Origin: a virus
Strand: one strand, 5' to 3'
UHGV virus genome: UHGV-0203104
DNA length: 38,800 nucleotides
Part shown: positions 18,733 to 28,220 of the stretch, piece after piece
Position numbering within the stretch: position 1 is the stretch's first letter
Layout: every line of letters starts with the position of its first letter
Made by a program: the position numbers and the translations under genes
The notes under the pieces: model-generated
Told to the model about the DNA's origin: nothing
Databases searched by the model: none
The model's input: the letters and a program-made list of their open reading frames with translations, nothing else

Positions 18733-18936
18733 TCAGTCCCATAGCTGGACGGTCTGCACGGTGGTGGTGGTCGGAATGTCCGGCAGCTCCACCTGCAGCC
18801 CGTGAGGTAAAAAGGGGCCGTATTCGGCAAGCCCCGGATTTGCCTTCAGTACCTGCTCCGTGACACCCTGCGTGCGCCCGTAATGACGCCAGCAAAGCGC
18901 GTCCACCGTGTCATACTGATGCGCACGCACTTTCAT
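18733..18936 (-). CDS. X: Tail protein X homolog
   Basis: 67 aa, same size as P2 X, between L and the holin. Confidence 0.75.
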   Translation of the reverse strand: MKVRAHQYDTVDALCWRHYGRTQGVTEQVLKANPGLAEYGPFLPHGLQVELPDIPTTTTVQTVQLWD

Positions 18937-19463
18937 CAGATAAGCTCCACTGTGCAGTGCGGCGCGTCCTGCACCCGGCTGATGGCCCAGCGGGCGTCAC
19001 GCCACAAATCACCGCTTGCTTCCGCCAGTTCTTCGCCCCGCTTCGCACCGGATGCCGTGGCGTCATAGTCCTGGAAACGTTCGTTGAGCATGGCGCGAGC
19101 CCAGCAGTAAACCGCGTTGAAATAGTGCTGAATGCGCTCACTTTTCCCGTCCAGCTGTTCCGCCGGAACCTCAGCCAGCGACGCATACCCCAGCATCTGC
19201 TGGCGTCTGCGAAACTCATACAGCTCTGCGTTAACCTCCGAAATTGCCGACAGTGCAACCTGCTTTAAACGCGGCTGCGTCACCGTGCCGTCAGTGCGCA
19301 TGACACTGCGAAACTCCGACAGGTCCACATCAGGCCAGAACGGCGTATTTCTAATGATTTCCGCCTGTTCCGGTGCCTGTTCTGGCGCAACAAACTTCAT
19401 GCTGCTTTCTCCTGAAATAAAGGGCGGTGGACGGGGTTTTGATGTGGCTGTGCCTTTCGCCAC
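18936..19463 (-). CDS. L: Head completion protein L homolog
   Basis: 175 aa; P2 L is about 169 aa. Confidence 0.8.
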   Translation of the reverse strand: MAKGTATSKPRPPPFISGESSMKFVAPEQAPEQAEIIRNTPFWPDVDLSEFRSVMRTDGTVTQPRLKQVALSAISEVNAELYEFRRRQQMLGYASLAEVPAEQLDGKSERIQHYFNAVYCWARAMLNERFQDYDATASGAKRGEELAEASGDLWRDARWAISRVQDAPHCTVELI

Positions 19464-19495
19464 CCCGTGCCGCCCGTGCGCGGGGGCACGTTCTG

Positions 19496-20146
19496 TCAGC
19501 GGCTGTCATTGCGCAGTCTGCGCTCCAGCTGCTGTTTGTCTTTTTTCACGCCACAGCGGGGATCGAGCTGTAACGCATGGTTGAGATGATTAAGGGCGGA
19601 AGCCGGATTGCTTTCACTCAGGACCGCGCCAATCGCTTTATGCAGACGTGCCCGTGACTGGTCCGGCATATCCAGACCGTCTGTCAGCTCCAGCGTCTGC
19701 AGCAACAGATCGGCATCAAAGCCGGTGGCGGCAAGCATTGCGCTCTGCGCTGCATCTGCCATTTCCTCTGTCAGCACGGTCTGCACGTTGCGGTTGCCCA
19801 GCGGCATCACCCATCCATGACGCAGGGCATGACGCCCGATCTCCAGCGCCCCGGCATAATCTCCGGCATCAATGCGCCACAACATCACGTACATCAGCAC
19901 GTCATCCTGTTGAGCGCCTCCGGCAGCCAGGACACCCTCCGCCCAGGCGGCGTACTTCGGCAGCAGCTCCACTTTGATTTCCGCTTTTTTGACCGTGGAC
20001 TGAACGCCCTTGAGACGGCGGCGGTCTTCCGCCAGTTGCAGCAGCATCAGGTCATAGCCCGATGCGTGGCGAACACTGCCACCCTCACGGGCGGCCTGTT
20101 CAGCCTGAACGCGCAGGCGATGCTGCCGTGCGGGACTCAGGCTCAT
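19496..20146 (-). CDS. M: Terminase small (endonuclease) subunit M homolog
   Basis: 216 aa, after the capsid gene in O-N-M-L order. Confidence 0.8.
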   Translation of the reverse strand: MSLSPARQHRLRVQAEQAAREGGSVRHASGYDLMLLQLAEDRRRLKGVQSTVKKAEIKVELLPKYAAWAEGVLAAGGAQQDDVLMYVMLWRIDAGDYAGALEIGRHALRHGWVMPLGNRNVQTVLTEEMADAAQSAMLAATGFDADLLLQTLELTDGLDMPDQSRARLHKAIGAVLSESNPASALNHLNHALQLDPRCGVKKDKQQLERRLRNDSR

Positions 20147-20149
20147 GGA

Positions 20150-21208
20150 TTACGCTCCGGTTTCGGCTGCGGCGGCGCTGAAATCACTAATCTGGATGTT
20201 TTCCACCAGTGCGGCGCAGCGGTAGTCCTCAACCACATAGGCTTCGTTAACGGATTCAAAGTTTTCAATCCGGTCACGTTTCGGGTTGTCGATAACTGAA
20301 CGGCGGCGGGTGTCTTCCTGCCAGTAGATGGACAGGTTATCCAGACGGGTGATCAGCAGCGCATTCGGCGGGAAGAACGGCGCACGCACGGCCTGCAGGC
20401 CACCCATGCGTTTCTGACTGATGATCATATCGGCAGCCAGTTTTTCACTGTTTTCCTGCTCTTTGTTGACCAGCGGGAAATACTTGTCAGACAGCAGTTC
20501 ACGACCGCAAATCACCACCAGATCGTCATCGTCCTGGTAGACCACGTCGATAAGCTCATTGACGGCATCCATCACCACGGCGTCCAGGTTGGCATATTCG
20601 CCACCTTTCCCGACTTTCACTGCGCCCGGTGTGGTTTCACCGCCCGTGGTGGTGCTGCCCATGACGTGATCCGGTGCATCCTCACGGATTTTCTGCAGCC
20701 AGCCTTTATTCACATCCTGCAGCAGCGGGTTTTCGCTACGGTTGGAGGTTTTCGCACGCTTCACGCCATTAAAGCCGATCATGATGCGGTCCAGTGCCTG
20801 ACGTTTCACGATGGCGTCACGGATACGCACCTGAAAATCCTGAAACTTCGCCCACAGGTCCAGCTTCGCGTAGGTCAGCACCGTGTCAAAGTTGGTCTGC
20901 TCGCATTTATATTCCACATCGACCATCAGCGTCGGATCGACAGGTTCACGCTCTTTCGCAGTGGTATCAGTGGTTCCGGCAATGGTGCTGCCAACTCCCA
21001 ACCCCAGCAGCTGACCGGACTGCTCAGTCACTGGCGTGACGTTAATCAGAGTCAGGAAAGCGGCGGACTGCTGGATCTGGTCTTCCAGCGTCTGCTGCAC
21101 GGACGGCTCTACGGTGAACTTGCTGGACAGTTCTTCAACTGCCACACCGTTCAGACGCGCCAGTTGCTGCAGGTAAGCGTTAAAAGCAAAGCGGGTATTC
21201 TTCTTCAT
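20150..21208 (-). CDS. N: Major capsid protein N homolog
   Basis: 352 aa; P2 N is about 357 aa. Confidence 0.85.
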   Translation of the reverse strand: MKKNTRFAFNAYLQQLARLNGVAVEELSSKFTVEPSVQQTLEDQIQQSAAFLTLINVTPVTEQSGQLLGLGVGSTIAGTTDTTAKEREPVDPTLMVDVEYKCEQTNFDTVLTYAKLDLWAKFQDFQVRIRDAIVKRQALDRIMIGFNGVKRAKTSNRSENPLLQDVNKGWLQKIREDAPDHVMGSTTTGGETTPGAVKVGKGGEYANLDAVVMDAVNELIDVVYQDDDDLVVICGRELLSDKYFPLVNKEQENSEKLAADMIISQKRMGGLQAVRAPFFPPNALLITRLDNLSIYWQEDTRRRSVIDNPKRDRIENFESVNEAYVVEDYRCAALVENIQISDFSAAAAETGA

Positions 21209-21224
21209 CAGGTTTTGTGCTCCA

Positions 21225-22058
21225 TCAGCAATTGGTCAGAGTGTCAGCGGGGGCGTTACCGCCTGTTGCACGCTGGCGGTAGTCCTGGCGGCTGTCTTCA
21301 TGACTCAGCTTGTCCACCAGTTCGTTAAAGGCGGTTTGCTGTGCCTGCAGGGCAGTCTCCAGCTCAGACAGGCGTTCTTCCTGCTCAGACAGGGATTTTT
21401 CGGTGCGTGCGCTCAGGTTCTGCTGCTCAGTGGCGACCAGCTCCACGGCCTTATGCACATCAGAGAACCGGGCGTCATCGGACTGCTCTTTTTTGGTAAA
21501 CAGCGCCGTGACGCGGGCAAACAGGGACGGTTTGTCGTCCTGGACTTCTTCCAGTTCGATCACCGTTTCCTCTGCGGCGGTAAAGAGATTGGCGGGATTC
21601 TGCTTGCGGTTTGCCAGCGGGTTATGGGCTGCACTGGCGCTGAATGTCAGCATTTCAGTGCCCAGACTGGCAGGGTCATCAGTGGCAGCCAGGCCGACCA
21701 GGTAGGCTTTGCCCGTATCAGCGAACTTCGGGCTGACTTCCATAGAGGTGAATAATTTCTGGCCTTTTTTCACCAGTTCCACCAGGGACTCCGTTGGCTC
21801 AACGTCAGCATACAGCGCCATCTTGCCTGCCAGCGGACCTTCCGTGATTTCTTCAGCAAACAGCGCCGTCACCTTGCCGTAGCGGTTAAAGGTGCTGTCC
21901 GGCAGATAAGACTTGATGTGCTCAAGGTTAATCAGCGCGGTATACACCGCCGGGTTATAGCTGGCTGCCATCTGTTCCAGCCATTCACGCTGGATTTCGC
22001 GTCCGTCGGTGGTGGCACCTTCCACCCCGATGCGAAAACGCTTTGCTTTCACTGTCAT
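21225..22058 (-). CDS. O: Capsid scaffold protein O homolog
   Basis: 277 aa with an acidic, coiled-coil C-terminal half; first gene of the O operon. Confidence 0.85.
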   Translation of the reverse strand: MTVKAKRFRIGVEGATTDGREIQREWLEQMAASYNPAVYTALINLEHIKSYLPDSTFNRYGKVTALFAEEITEGPLAGKMALYADVEPTESLVELVKKGQKLFTSMEVSPKFADTGKAYLVGLAATDDPASLGTEMLTFSASAAHNPLANRKQNPANLFTAAEETVIELEEVQDDKPSLFARVTALFTKKEQSDDARFSDVHKAVELVATEQQNLSARTEKSLSEQEERLSELETALQAQQTAFNELVDKLSHEDSRQDYRQRATGGNAPADTLTNC

Positions 22059-22136
22059 GAGCCGTGCTCCGTTAGAAAAAACTTACTGGAGCCTTATGGT
22101 TGCGGTGATAGGGGCAGTGAAACAATGCGCGGTATT

Positions 22137-22154
22137 TGTACCGACAACCACACA
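22137..22154. promoter_or_regulatory. Candidate Ogr-binding site (TGT-N12-ACA) in the divergent O/P late promoter region
   Basis: TGTACCGACAACCACACA centred about 87 bp upstream of the O start codon. Confidence 0.4.
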
Positions 22155-22200
22155 AACCGCAGGCGGGGAAAGCCTTCATTCAAGGCTGTAGGTTTGTGCC

Positions 22201-23967
22201 ATGAACACCACACTGACACCCGCAGATCTCGATCCCCGTCGGCAGGCCATGCTGCTGTACTTTCAGGGATACCGCGTAGCCCGCATTGCTGAAATGCTGG
22301 GCGAGAAAGTTGCAACCGTTCACAGCTGGAAAAAACGCGACAAGTGGGGTGACTATGGGCCTCTGGATCAGATGCAGCTCACCACCGCCGCACGCTACTG
22401 CCAGCTCATCATGAAGGAGCACAAAGAAGGGAAAGATTTCAAAGAGATTGACCTGCTGGCGCGCCAGTCTGAGCGCCACGCGCGGATCGGCAAGTTTAAC
22501 AATGGCGGCAACGAAGCCGACTTAAACCCTAACGTCGCCAACCGCAATAAAGGCCCACGCCGTCAGCCTGAAAAGAATGTTTTCACCGATGACCAGATTG
22601 AGAAGCTGGAAAAAATTTTCCATTCCTCCATGTTCAACTACCAGCGCCACTGGTGGGAAGCCGGAAAAACCAACCGCATCCGCAACCTGCTGAAGTCACG
22701 CCAGATCGGCGCGACCTTCTATTTTGCCCGTGAAGCCCTGATTGACGCCCTGCTTACCGGACGTAACCAGATTTTCCTTTCTGCCAGTAAGGCACAGGCC
22801 CACGTCTTCAAACAGTACATCATCGACTTTGCCAAAGAAGTGGAGGTGGAGCTGAAAGGCGATCCGATAGTGCTTCCCAACGGGGCCACACTGTATTTCC
22901 TCGGCACCAATGCCCGCACTGCCCAGAGTTATCACGGTAACCTGTATCTGGATGAATATTTCTGGATACCGAAATTCCAGGAGCTGCGCAAAGTGGCTTC
23001 CGGTATGGCTATTCACAAAAAATGGCGACAGACCTATTTTTCCACGCCATCCAGCCTGACACACAGTGCTTATCCGTTCTGGTCCGGTGCGCTGTTCAAC
23101 CGTGGGCGCAACAAAGCCGATAAGGTGGACATCGACCTGTCCCACAGCAATCTGGCCCCCGGCCTGCTGTGCGCAGACGGGCAATACCGCCAGATAGTCA
23201 CCGTGGAAGATGCAGTGCGCGGCGGATGTAACCTTTTCGACCTCGATCAGTTGCGCATGGAGTACAGCCCGGACGAATACCAGAACCTGCTGATGTGCGA
23301 GTTTGTGGACGATCTCGCGTCCGTGTTCCCGCTCAGCGAGCTGCAGGCGTGCATGGTGGACAGTTGGGAAGTCTGGACCGACTTTCATGCACTGGCCCTG
23401 CGCCCGTTTGGCTGGCGCGAAGTGTGGATCGGTTATGACCCGGCAAAAGGTACGCAAAACGGCGACAGCGCCGGGTGCGTGGTGGTGGCACCGCCAGCCG
23501 TGCCGGGCGGTAAGTTCCGCATTCTTGAGCGTCACCAGTGGCGCGGGATGGACTTCCGCGCCCAGGCTGACGCCATCAAAAAACTGACTGAACAGTACAA
23601 CGTGACATACATCGGTATCGACTCAACCGGCGTCGGTCACGGGGTTTACGAGAACGTGAAAGCGTTTTTTCCTGCCGTCCGGGAGTTTGTCTACAACCCC
23701 AACGTTAAAAACGCCCTGGTACTCAAGGCCTACGACATTATTAGCCACCGCCGCCTGGAGTTTGACGCCGGGCACACCGACATAGCGCAGTCCTTTATGG
23801 CAATCCGTCGCGCCACCACTGCCAGCGGCAACCGCCCGACCTATGAAGCCAGCCGCAGCGAAGAAGCCAGCCACGCCGATCTGGCCTGGGCAACAATGCA
23901 CGCACTGTTTAACGAACCGCTGCAGGGCGAATCCGCCAATAACAGCAATATTGTGGAGATTTTTTGA
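22201..23967 (+). CDS. P: Terminase large (ATPase) subunit P homolog
   Basis: 588 aa (P2 P about 590 aa); hydrophobic-stretch D-E motif LYLDEY; divergent from O and followed by the portal gene. Confidence 0.85.
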   Translation: MNTTLTPADLDPRRQAMLLYFQGYRVARIAEMLGEKVATVHSWKKRDKWGDYGPLDQMQLTTAARYCQLIMKEHKEGKDFKEIDLLARQSERHARIGKFNNGGNEADLNPNVANRNKGPRRQPEKNVFTDDQIEKLEKIFHSSMFNYQRHWWEAGKTNRIRNLLKSRQIGATFYFAREALIDALLTGRNQIFLSASKAQAHVFKQYIIDFAKEVEVELKGDPIVLPNGATLYFLGTNARTAQSYHGNLYLDEYFWIPKFQELRKVASGMAIHKKWRQTYFSTPSSLTHSAYPFWSGALFNRGRNKADKVDIDLSHSNLAPGLLCADGQYRQIVTVEDAVRGGCNLFDLDQLRMEYSPDEYQNLLMCEFVDDLASVFPLSELQACMVDSWEVWTDFHALALRPFGWREVWIGYDPAKGTQNGDSAGCVVVAPPAVPGGKFRILERHQWRGMDFRAQADAIKKLTEQYNVTYIGIDSTGVGHGVYENVKAFFPAVREFVYNPNVKNALVLKAYDIISHRRLEFDAGHTDIAQSFMAIRRATTASGNRPTYEASRSEEASHADLAWATMHALFNEPLQGESANNSNIVEIF

Positions 23968-24674
23968 TGCCCCCAATCCCAACTAACCTCATGACTATCG
24001 CGGGACTTCCGGTGGATAGCTCTTTCTTTGCTTACCAGTATGAGTGGAACACTGGCCCAAAGAGTAGAAACCGTGTACTCACAAAAATGCGCCAGGCAGG
24101 CGCGGATTTCTTTTTTTCCTATGAAGCCCTGAACGATGCACTGCATACCGGGCGTAACCAGATTTTCCTCTGCTGCAGCACAGCATCTGCGCAGGCAATC
24201 AAAGCCTATGTATCAGCATTCTTAAGCCAGGCCGCAGCTTATACGCACACTGGAAAAATAAAATCAGGCAAAAGTCATCTGGAGCTTCCGAATGGTGCAG
24301 TAATTTATTTTACCGACCTCCGCAGTCTCACCTCCGCACTCAGTGGAAATGTTTACGTGTCAGAGTATGCCTGGAGTGAATCACCGAGAAATATGATTGC
24401 CATCGCTAAAGGGATTTCTATGCACGCACACCACCACGCCACCTACTACACCACTCCCAGCCCTAACCCAGAGGCACGGCAGGAATATAAAAAGCTATGC
24501 AGAAACAACAGCGTAACCAGCATGGTGTTCACCGCAGATGACGCAGCAGCATCTGGAGCAATGTTGTTTACTGATAACTGGCTGAACGATATGAAAAAAG
24601 AATTATCAGAAGAGGACTGGAAAATGCTGTTTATGTGCGAATGGCCTCTCGCTAGCAAGGAACTGGCAGAATGA
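23964..24674 (+). CDS. Terminase large-subunit ATPase-domain paralog with substituted Walker-B-like Asp; extra gene between P and Q
   Basis: 236 aa; start overlaps the P stop (ATGA) and stop overlaps the Q start. Aligns by eye to the central ATPase region of P (FNYQRHWW/FAYQYEW, DALLTGRNQIFLSASKAQA/DALHTGRNQIFLCCSTASA, NGATLYF/NGAVIYF, LLMCEF/LFMCEW), but GNLYLDEY of P is GNVYVSEY here. Visibly lower GC than P and Q. Confidence 0.65.
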   Translation: MMPPIPTNLMTIAGLPVDSSFFAYQYEWNTGPKSRNRVLTKMRQAGADFFFSYEALNDALHTGRNQIFLCCSTASAQAIKAYVSAFLSQAAAYTHTGKIKSGKSHLELPNGAVIYFTDLRSLTSALSGNVYVSEYAWSESPRNMIAIAKGISMHAHHHATYYTTPSPNPEARQEYKKLCRNNSVTSMVFTADDAAASGAMLFTDNWLNDMKKELSEEDWKMLFMCEWPLASKELAE

Positions 24675-25702
24675 GCAAACGTAAAAACACCAAGCAGGTA
24701 ACAGTTGGTCACGACACAAAACCAAGCAACGGCCCAACGGCTGAGGCTTTCAGCTTTGGTGATCCCATCCCCGTGCTGGACCGCCGCGAACTGCTGGACT
24801 ATGTGGAATGCGTACAGATGGATCGCTGGTATGAGCCGCCCGTCAGCTTTAATGGACTGGCGCGCACCTTCCGCGCCGCCGTGCATCACAGTTCCCCGAT
24901 TGCAGTAAAGTGCAACATTCTGACCAGTACCTATATCCCTCATCCGCTGCTCAGCCAGCAGGCTTTTTCGCGTTTTGTGCAGGACTATCTGGTATTTGGT
25001 AACGCCTACTTGGAGAAACGCACGAACCGCTTTGGTGAAGTTATCGCCCTTGAGCCAGCTTTGGCAAAATACACCCGACGCGGATTAGACCTGGATACCT
25101 ACTGGTTTGTGCAAGACGGTATGACAGCCCAGCCGTATCAGTTCACGAAAGGCAGCATTTTTCATCTGATGGAACCGGACATCAACCAGGAGATCTACGG
25201 CCTGCCAGGTTATCTCTCTGCCATCCCGTCAGCCCTGCTCAACGAGTCCGCCACACTGTTCCGCCGTAAGTATTACATCAACGGCAGCCATGCAGGTTTC
25301 ATCATGTACATGACCGATGCCGCACAGAACCAAGAAGATGTGAACAACCTCCGCAACGCAATGAAAAGCGCCAAAGGGCCAGGCAACTTCCGCAACCTGT
25401 TTATGTACTCTCCTAACGGCAAAAAGGACGGGCTTCAGATTATCCCGTTGTCAGAAGTCGCGGCGAAGGATGAGTTTCTGAATATCAAGAACGTGAGCCG
25501 GGACGACATGATGGCGGCACACCGTGTGCCGCCGCAAATGATGGGGATAATGCCTAATAATGTTGGGGGGTTTGGGGATGTGGAGAAGGCTAGTAAGGTT
25601 TTTGTGATAAATGAATTAATTCCTTTGCAAAAACGATTTATGGAAATAAACGCATGGCTCGGGGAGAAACTTATAGAATTTTCTCCATATGAGCTTAACT
25701 AA
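24671..25702 (+). CDS. Q: Portal protein Q homolog
   Basis: 343 aa (P2 Q about 344 aa); contains the conserved P2-family portal segment PLSEVAAKDEFLNIKNVSRDDMMAAHRVPPQMMGIMP. Confidence 0.9.
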   Translation: MSKRKNTKQVTVGHDTKPSNGPTAEAFSFGDPIPVLDRRELLDYVECVQMDRWYEPPVSFNGLARTFRAAVHHSSPIAVKCNILTSTYIPHPLLSQQAFSRFVQDYLVFGNAYLEKRTNRFGEVIALEPALAKYTRRGLDLDTYWFVQDGMTAQPYQFTKGSIFHLMEPDINQEIYGLPGYLSAIPSALLNESATLFRRKYYINGSHAGFIMYMTDAAQNQEDVNNLRNAMKSAKGPGNFRNLFMYSPNGKKDGLQIIPLSEVAAKDEFLNIKNVSRDDMMAAHRVPPQMMGIMPNNVGGFGDVEKASKVFVINELIPLQKRFMEINAWLGEKLIEFSPYELN

Positions 25703-25708
25703 AATATT

Positions 25709-25740
25709 AGTTGCCAGTACCGTATTGTTGCTACTGGCAA
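25709..25740. terminator. Hairpin between the convergent Q and 25752 genes (possible bidirectional terminator)
   Basis: Stem TTGCCAGTA ... TACTGGCAA (9 bp) with a 12-nt loop, flanked by A/T-rich sequence. Confidence 0.4.
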
Positions 25741-25751
25741 TTGCAATAAAA

Positions 25752-28088
25752 TTACAAATATGTATTGCTATGTAGAGATGTGTTTATTCCATCTTCTATC
25801 TCAATTTTTGACGAAGCATACTCATCATTCGCACTATCATCAATATCAAACTCATCTTGTAGATGAAGTGACTCATTTAACGGTCTATAAAACTCACCCA
25901 TCATCATTTTGTAATGGGCAGTATGCTCACTACACTCAAATATCTTCTGAAAAACAATTAAATATTTTTGCACAGACTCCGTATCTAAATTCATATAAAG
26001 ATCATCACCTGCAAAATGAGAACCATCATTAATCCATGACACTAAAGATTTAAATATGATTTTTTCATCACCATAAAAATGACATTCAAGCTTCCTAATA
26101 TCCATCCCACCTAATATCTTAAAGTAATTCTCCAAAATCCTTCGCATTGTATTTTGTATAGTATTATTATTAATATCTGTTCTTCTCAATTCGCACCAGA
26201 GCAAATCATAAGACGTTTTTATTGGGTTTGATTCGCACTTTTCAAGATATGAGACCTTCCCTTTTTTCCTTACAATCCAAAAAGTCTCCTCTTTCATTGC
26301 TTGATTACCGGATCTTTTAGTATTAAAAGTCAACTCTTTATGAAAATAAATATTATGTGTAAGGAATATAATTTGCTTAATATTTCCTTCATCCTTACGA
26401 ACATCCTCCATTAAATCTTTAATCAACGAACTTACAATAAACAGAATATCACTATCTAAACTTGAAATTGGATCATCAAATACTACAACACGATCATCTA
26501 AAACACCTGATGCATTATCACTCCCTCTAACAAGGCTATAAAAATACAAAAAAGTGATAAATGTCTTTTCTCCCTCGCTAAGGGTTGTACGAGCATTATC
26601 TCCACTATCTCTCACTATCATATAATGCTTTTTATCTTCGGAGGGTTTTAAGTAAAAATTTTTGAAGCCATAAGAATCCAGAATCTTGTTAATTTTTGTA
26701 ATAGTTGGAAGAGTACTGGTTTTATTAGACTCAATTGCCTCAATAGCCGAAGCATTTAACATTAACTTCTTTTTGTCTTCCTCTAACCCAGATTTAAGCC
26801 CTTGTAACTTCCTATTAAATTTATCAGATTCGCTACGGTAAGAAGTTATTTCAGACTTTAACTCCACCTTTACGATATATGCCCATATCTGATTAGAAAG
26901 ATTACTAGCCTCTACCTTTCTATTACTGTGTATTTTGTTATTATTATCTATCAATAGATTTGAATCATTCAAAAAAGAAATAAAATCATCAACAACTTCA
27001 CTTAAGTCACTAAAATGAACTGATTCACTTAAAAAATTGCGTTTATTTTTTGCCAATTCAAAATTCTTGTTTAATTCAGATAATACTATCTTAGCCTTAT
27101 CCTCAAACACTTCATAGTTTATGAATGGAGATTTAATCGCCCTTATATCATCTATCGCCTGCAAGATATTATTAAGTTGATGTTCATATTGTAAAACCAA
27201 TGCATCGATTTCTCTTTTTTTTAACTCATATGTTTTATCAAAATATGATGATAGATTATCAAATATATTATCATTTACATCCTGCTGGCAGAATGGGCAC
27301 TTGGGATTAGATTTACTGAAATATGTTAAACCTTCCTTAACCCAATCACTGTTATTGAGCATTGTAATTAAGTCTGAAACACTAACGTCTTTTTTCCCTA
27401 GAATACGCTCACTCCAAATCTCCCTACTCAAAATATCATCTATCCCATTGAAGGATGGAATTGTAATTGATACATGTGATGTCAATTCAGTAGAAAAAAC
27501 AATTTTTGCTTTCTCAATTAGCTCTGCTATTGAGCAAACTTCTGATGTGTTATTTTCATACTCAGCCAACACTCTAGCTTTAAATTTTTCACTACTATTC
27601 CTTAATCCCTCAAAAGCCTTTGAGAACACATTATCATGTTTTACTTTTTGCTTCCAACATGAATCTTTAAAAGATTTTTCATGGTCTTCGATTTGTTTAA
27701 CAACGCCTAATATATTATCACCACCATCTATTAGCTTTTCCTTTGCTATAATAGATTCTATTAGCTTATTTTTTTCTTCTTCAAGAGATATTAATTTCTC
27801 TTCATCCTCCTTAAGATCGCTACCAAGGGTAAATACACCTTTAATTTTATCTTGACTAAAATTTCTTTCAACAAAATCTTTATTATATACGTAGCTTATT
27901 AAAGATATATTATTTTTCCATTTAATCGGACATGTTGGATATTGTTCAGGGTCATTAATAATTTTACTTATAGTTGTTTTACCTGCACCATTAGCTCCAT
28001 ATAAATAGTTAAATTTAGAAAGCCCATGTAAAAGCTGAGTAGGGCCATTATATGAGCCTACTTTGTCAATAACTACCTCTTCAATCAT
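25752..28088 (-). CDS. RloC/PrrC-like (AAA_13-type) ATPase with zinc hook and putative C-terminal anticodon-nuclease-like region
   Basis: 778 aa, strongly AT-rich. Walker A GANGAGKTT (res 31-39), CPFC zinc-hook-like motif (264-267), ABC-signature-like LSEGEK (503-508), Walker B VVVFDDP (534-540), LTHN (576-579), and C-terminal R-x3-E plus downstream His (RRILE 649-653, H670/H691). Sits between Q and the cos-like site. Confidence 0.6.
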   Translation of the reverse strand: MIEEVVIDKVGSYNGPTQLLHGLSKFNYLYGANGAGKTTISKIINDPEQYPTCPIKWKNNISLISYVYNKDFVERNFSQDKIKGVFTLGSDLKEDEEKLISLEEEKNKLIESIIAKEKLIDGGDNILGVVKQIEDHEKSFKDSCWKQKVKHDNVFSKAFEGLRNSSEKFKARVLAEYENNTSEVCSIAELIEKAKIVFSTELTSHVSITIPSFNGIDDILSREIWSERILGKKDVSVSDLITMLNNSDWVKEGLTYFSKSNPKCPFCQQDVNDNIFDNLSSYFDKTYELKKREIDALVLQYEHQLNNILQAIDDIRAIKSPFINYEVFEDKAKIVLSELNKNFELAKNKRNFLSESVHFSDLSEVVDDFISFLNDSNLLIDNNNKIHSNRKVEASNLSNQIWAYIVKVELKSEITSYRSESDKFNRKLQGLKSGLEEDKKKLMLNASAIEAIESNKTSTLPTITKINKILDSYGFKNFYLKPSEDKKHYMIVRDSGDNARTTLSEGEKTFITFLYFYSLVRGSDNASGVLDDRVVVFDDPISSLDSDILFIVSSLIKDLMEDVRKDEGNIKQIIFLTHNIYFHKELTFNTKRSGNQAMKEETFWIVRKKGKVSYLEKCESNPIKTSYDLLWCELRRTDINNNTIQNTMRRILENYFKILGGMDIRKLECHFYGDEKIIFKSLVSWINDGSHFAGDDLYMNLDTESVQKYLIVFQKIFECSEHTAHYKMMMGEFYRPLNESLHLQDEFDIDDSANDEYASSKIEIEDGINTSLHSNTYL

Positions 28089-28220
28089 CCTCTAATCCTC
28101 AAAAAACAGATTAATCCTATCAAATCAATGATAATAGAAGACATTACTTACCTAATTACAAGGTGATCATTTATACAGCTGTGAATAAATCAGGCTAATC
28201 ATCTATTTGTCATAACGCGC

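Noticed and set aside
19608-20299. Plus-strand ORFs antisense to M and N
   Set aside because: Embedded in capsid and terminase small-subunit genes; Arg/Pro/Ala-rich reverse-frame products.
22195-22212. Second TGT-N12-ACA overlapping the P start codon
   Set aside because: Geometry is wrong for a late promoter serving P or O; a chance match is plausible for such a short motif.
22696-23535. 279-aa minus-strand ORF inside terminase gene P
   Set aside because: Antisense to a confidently assigned gene; composition typical of reverse-frame translation of GC-rich coding DNA.
27301-27855. 184-aa plus-strand ORF inside the 778-aa ATPase gene
   Set aside because: Antisense to the long AT-rich ORF; Ser/Leu/Ile-rich reverse-frame artefact.
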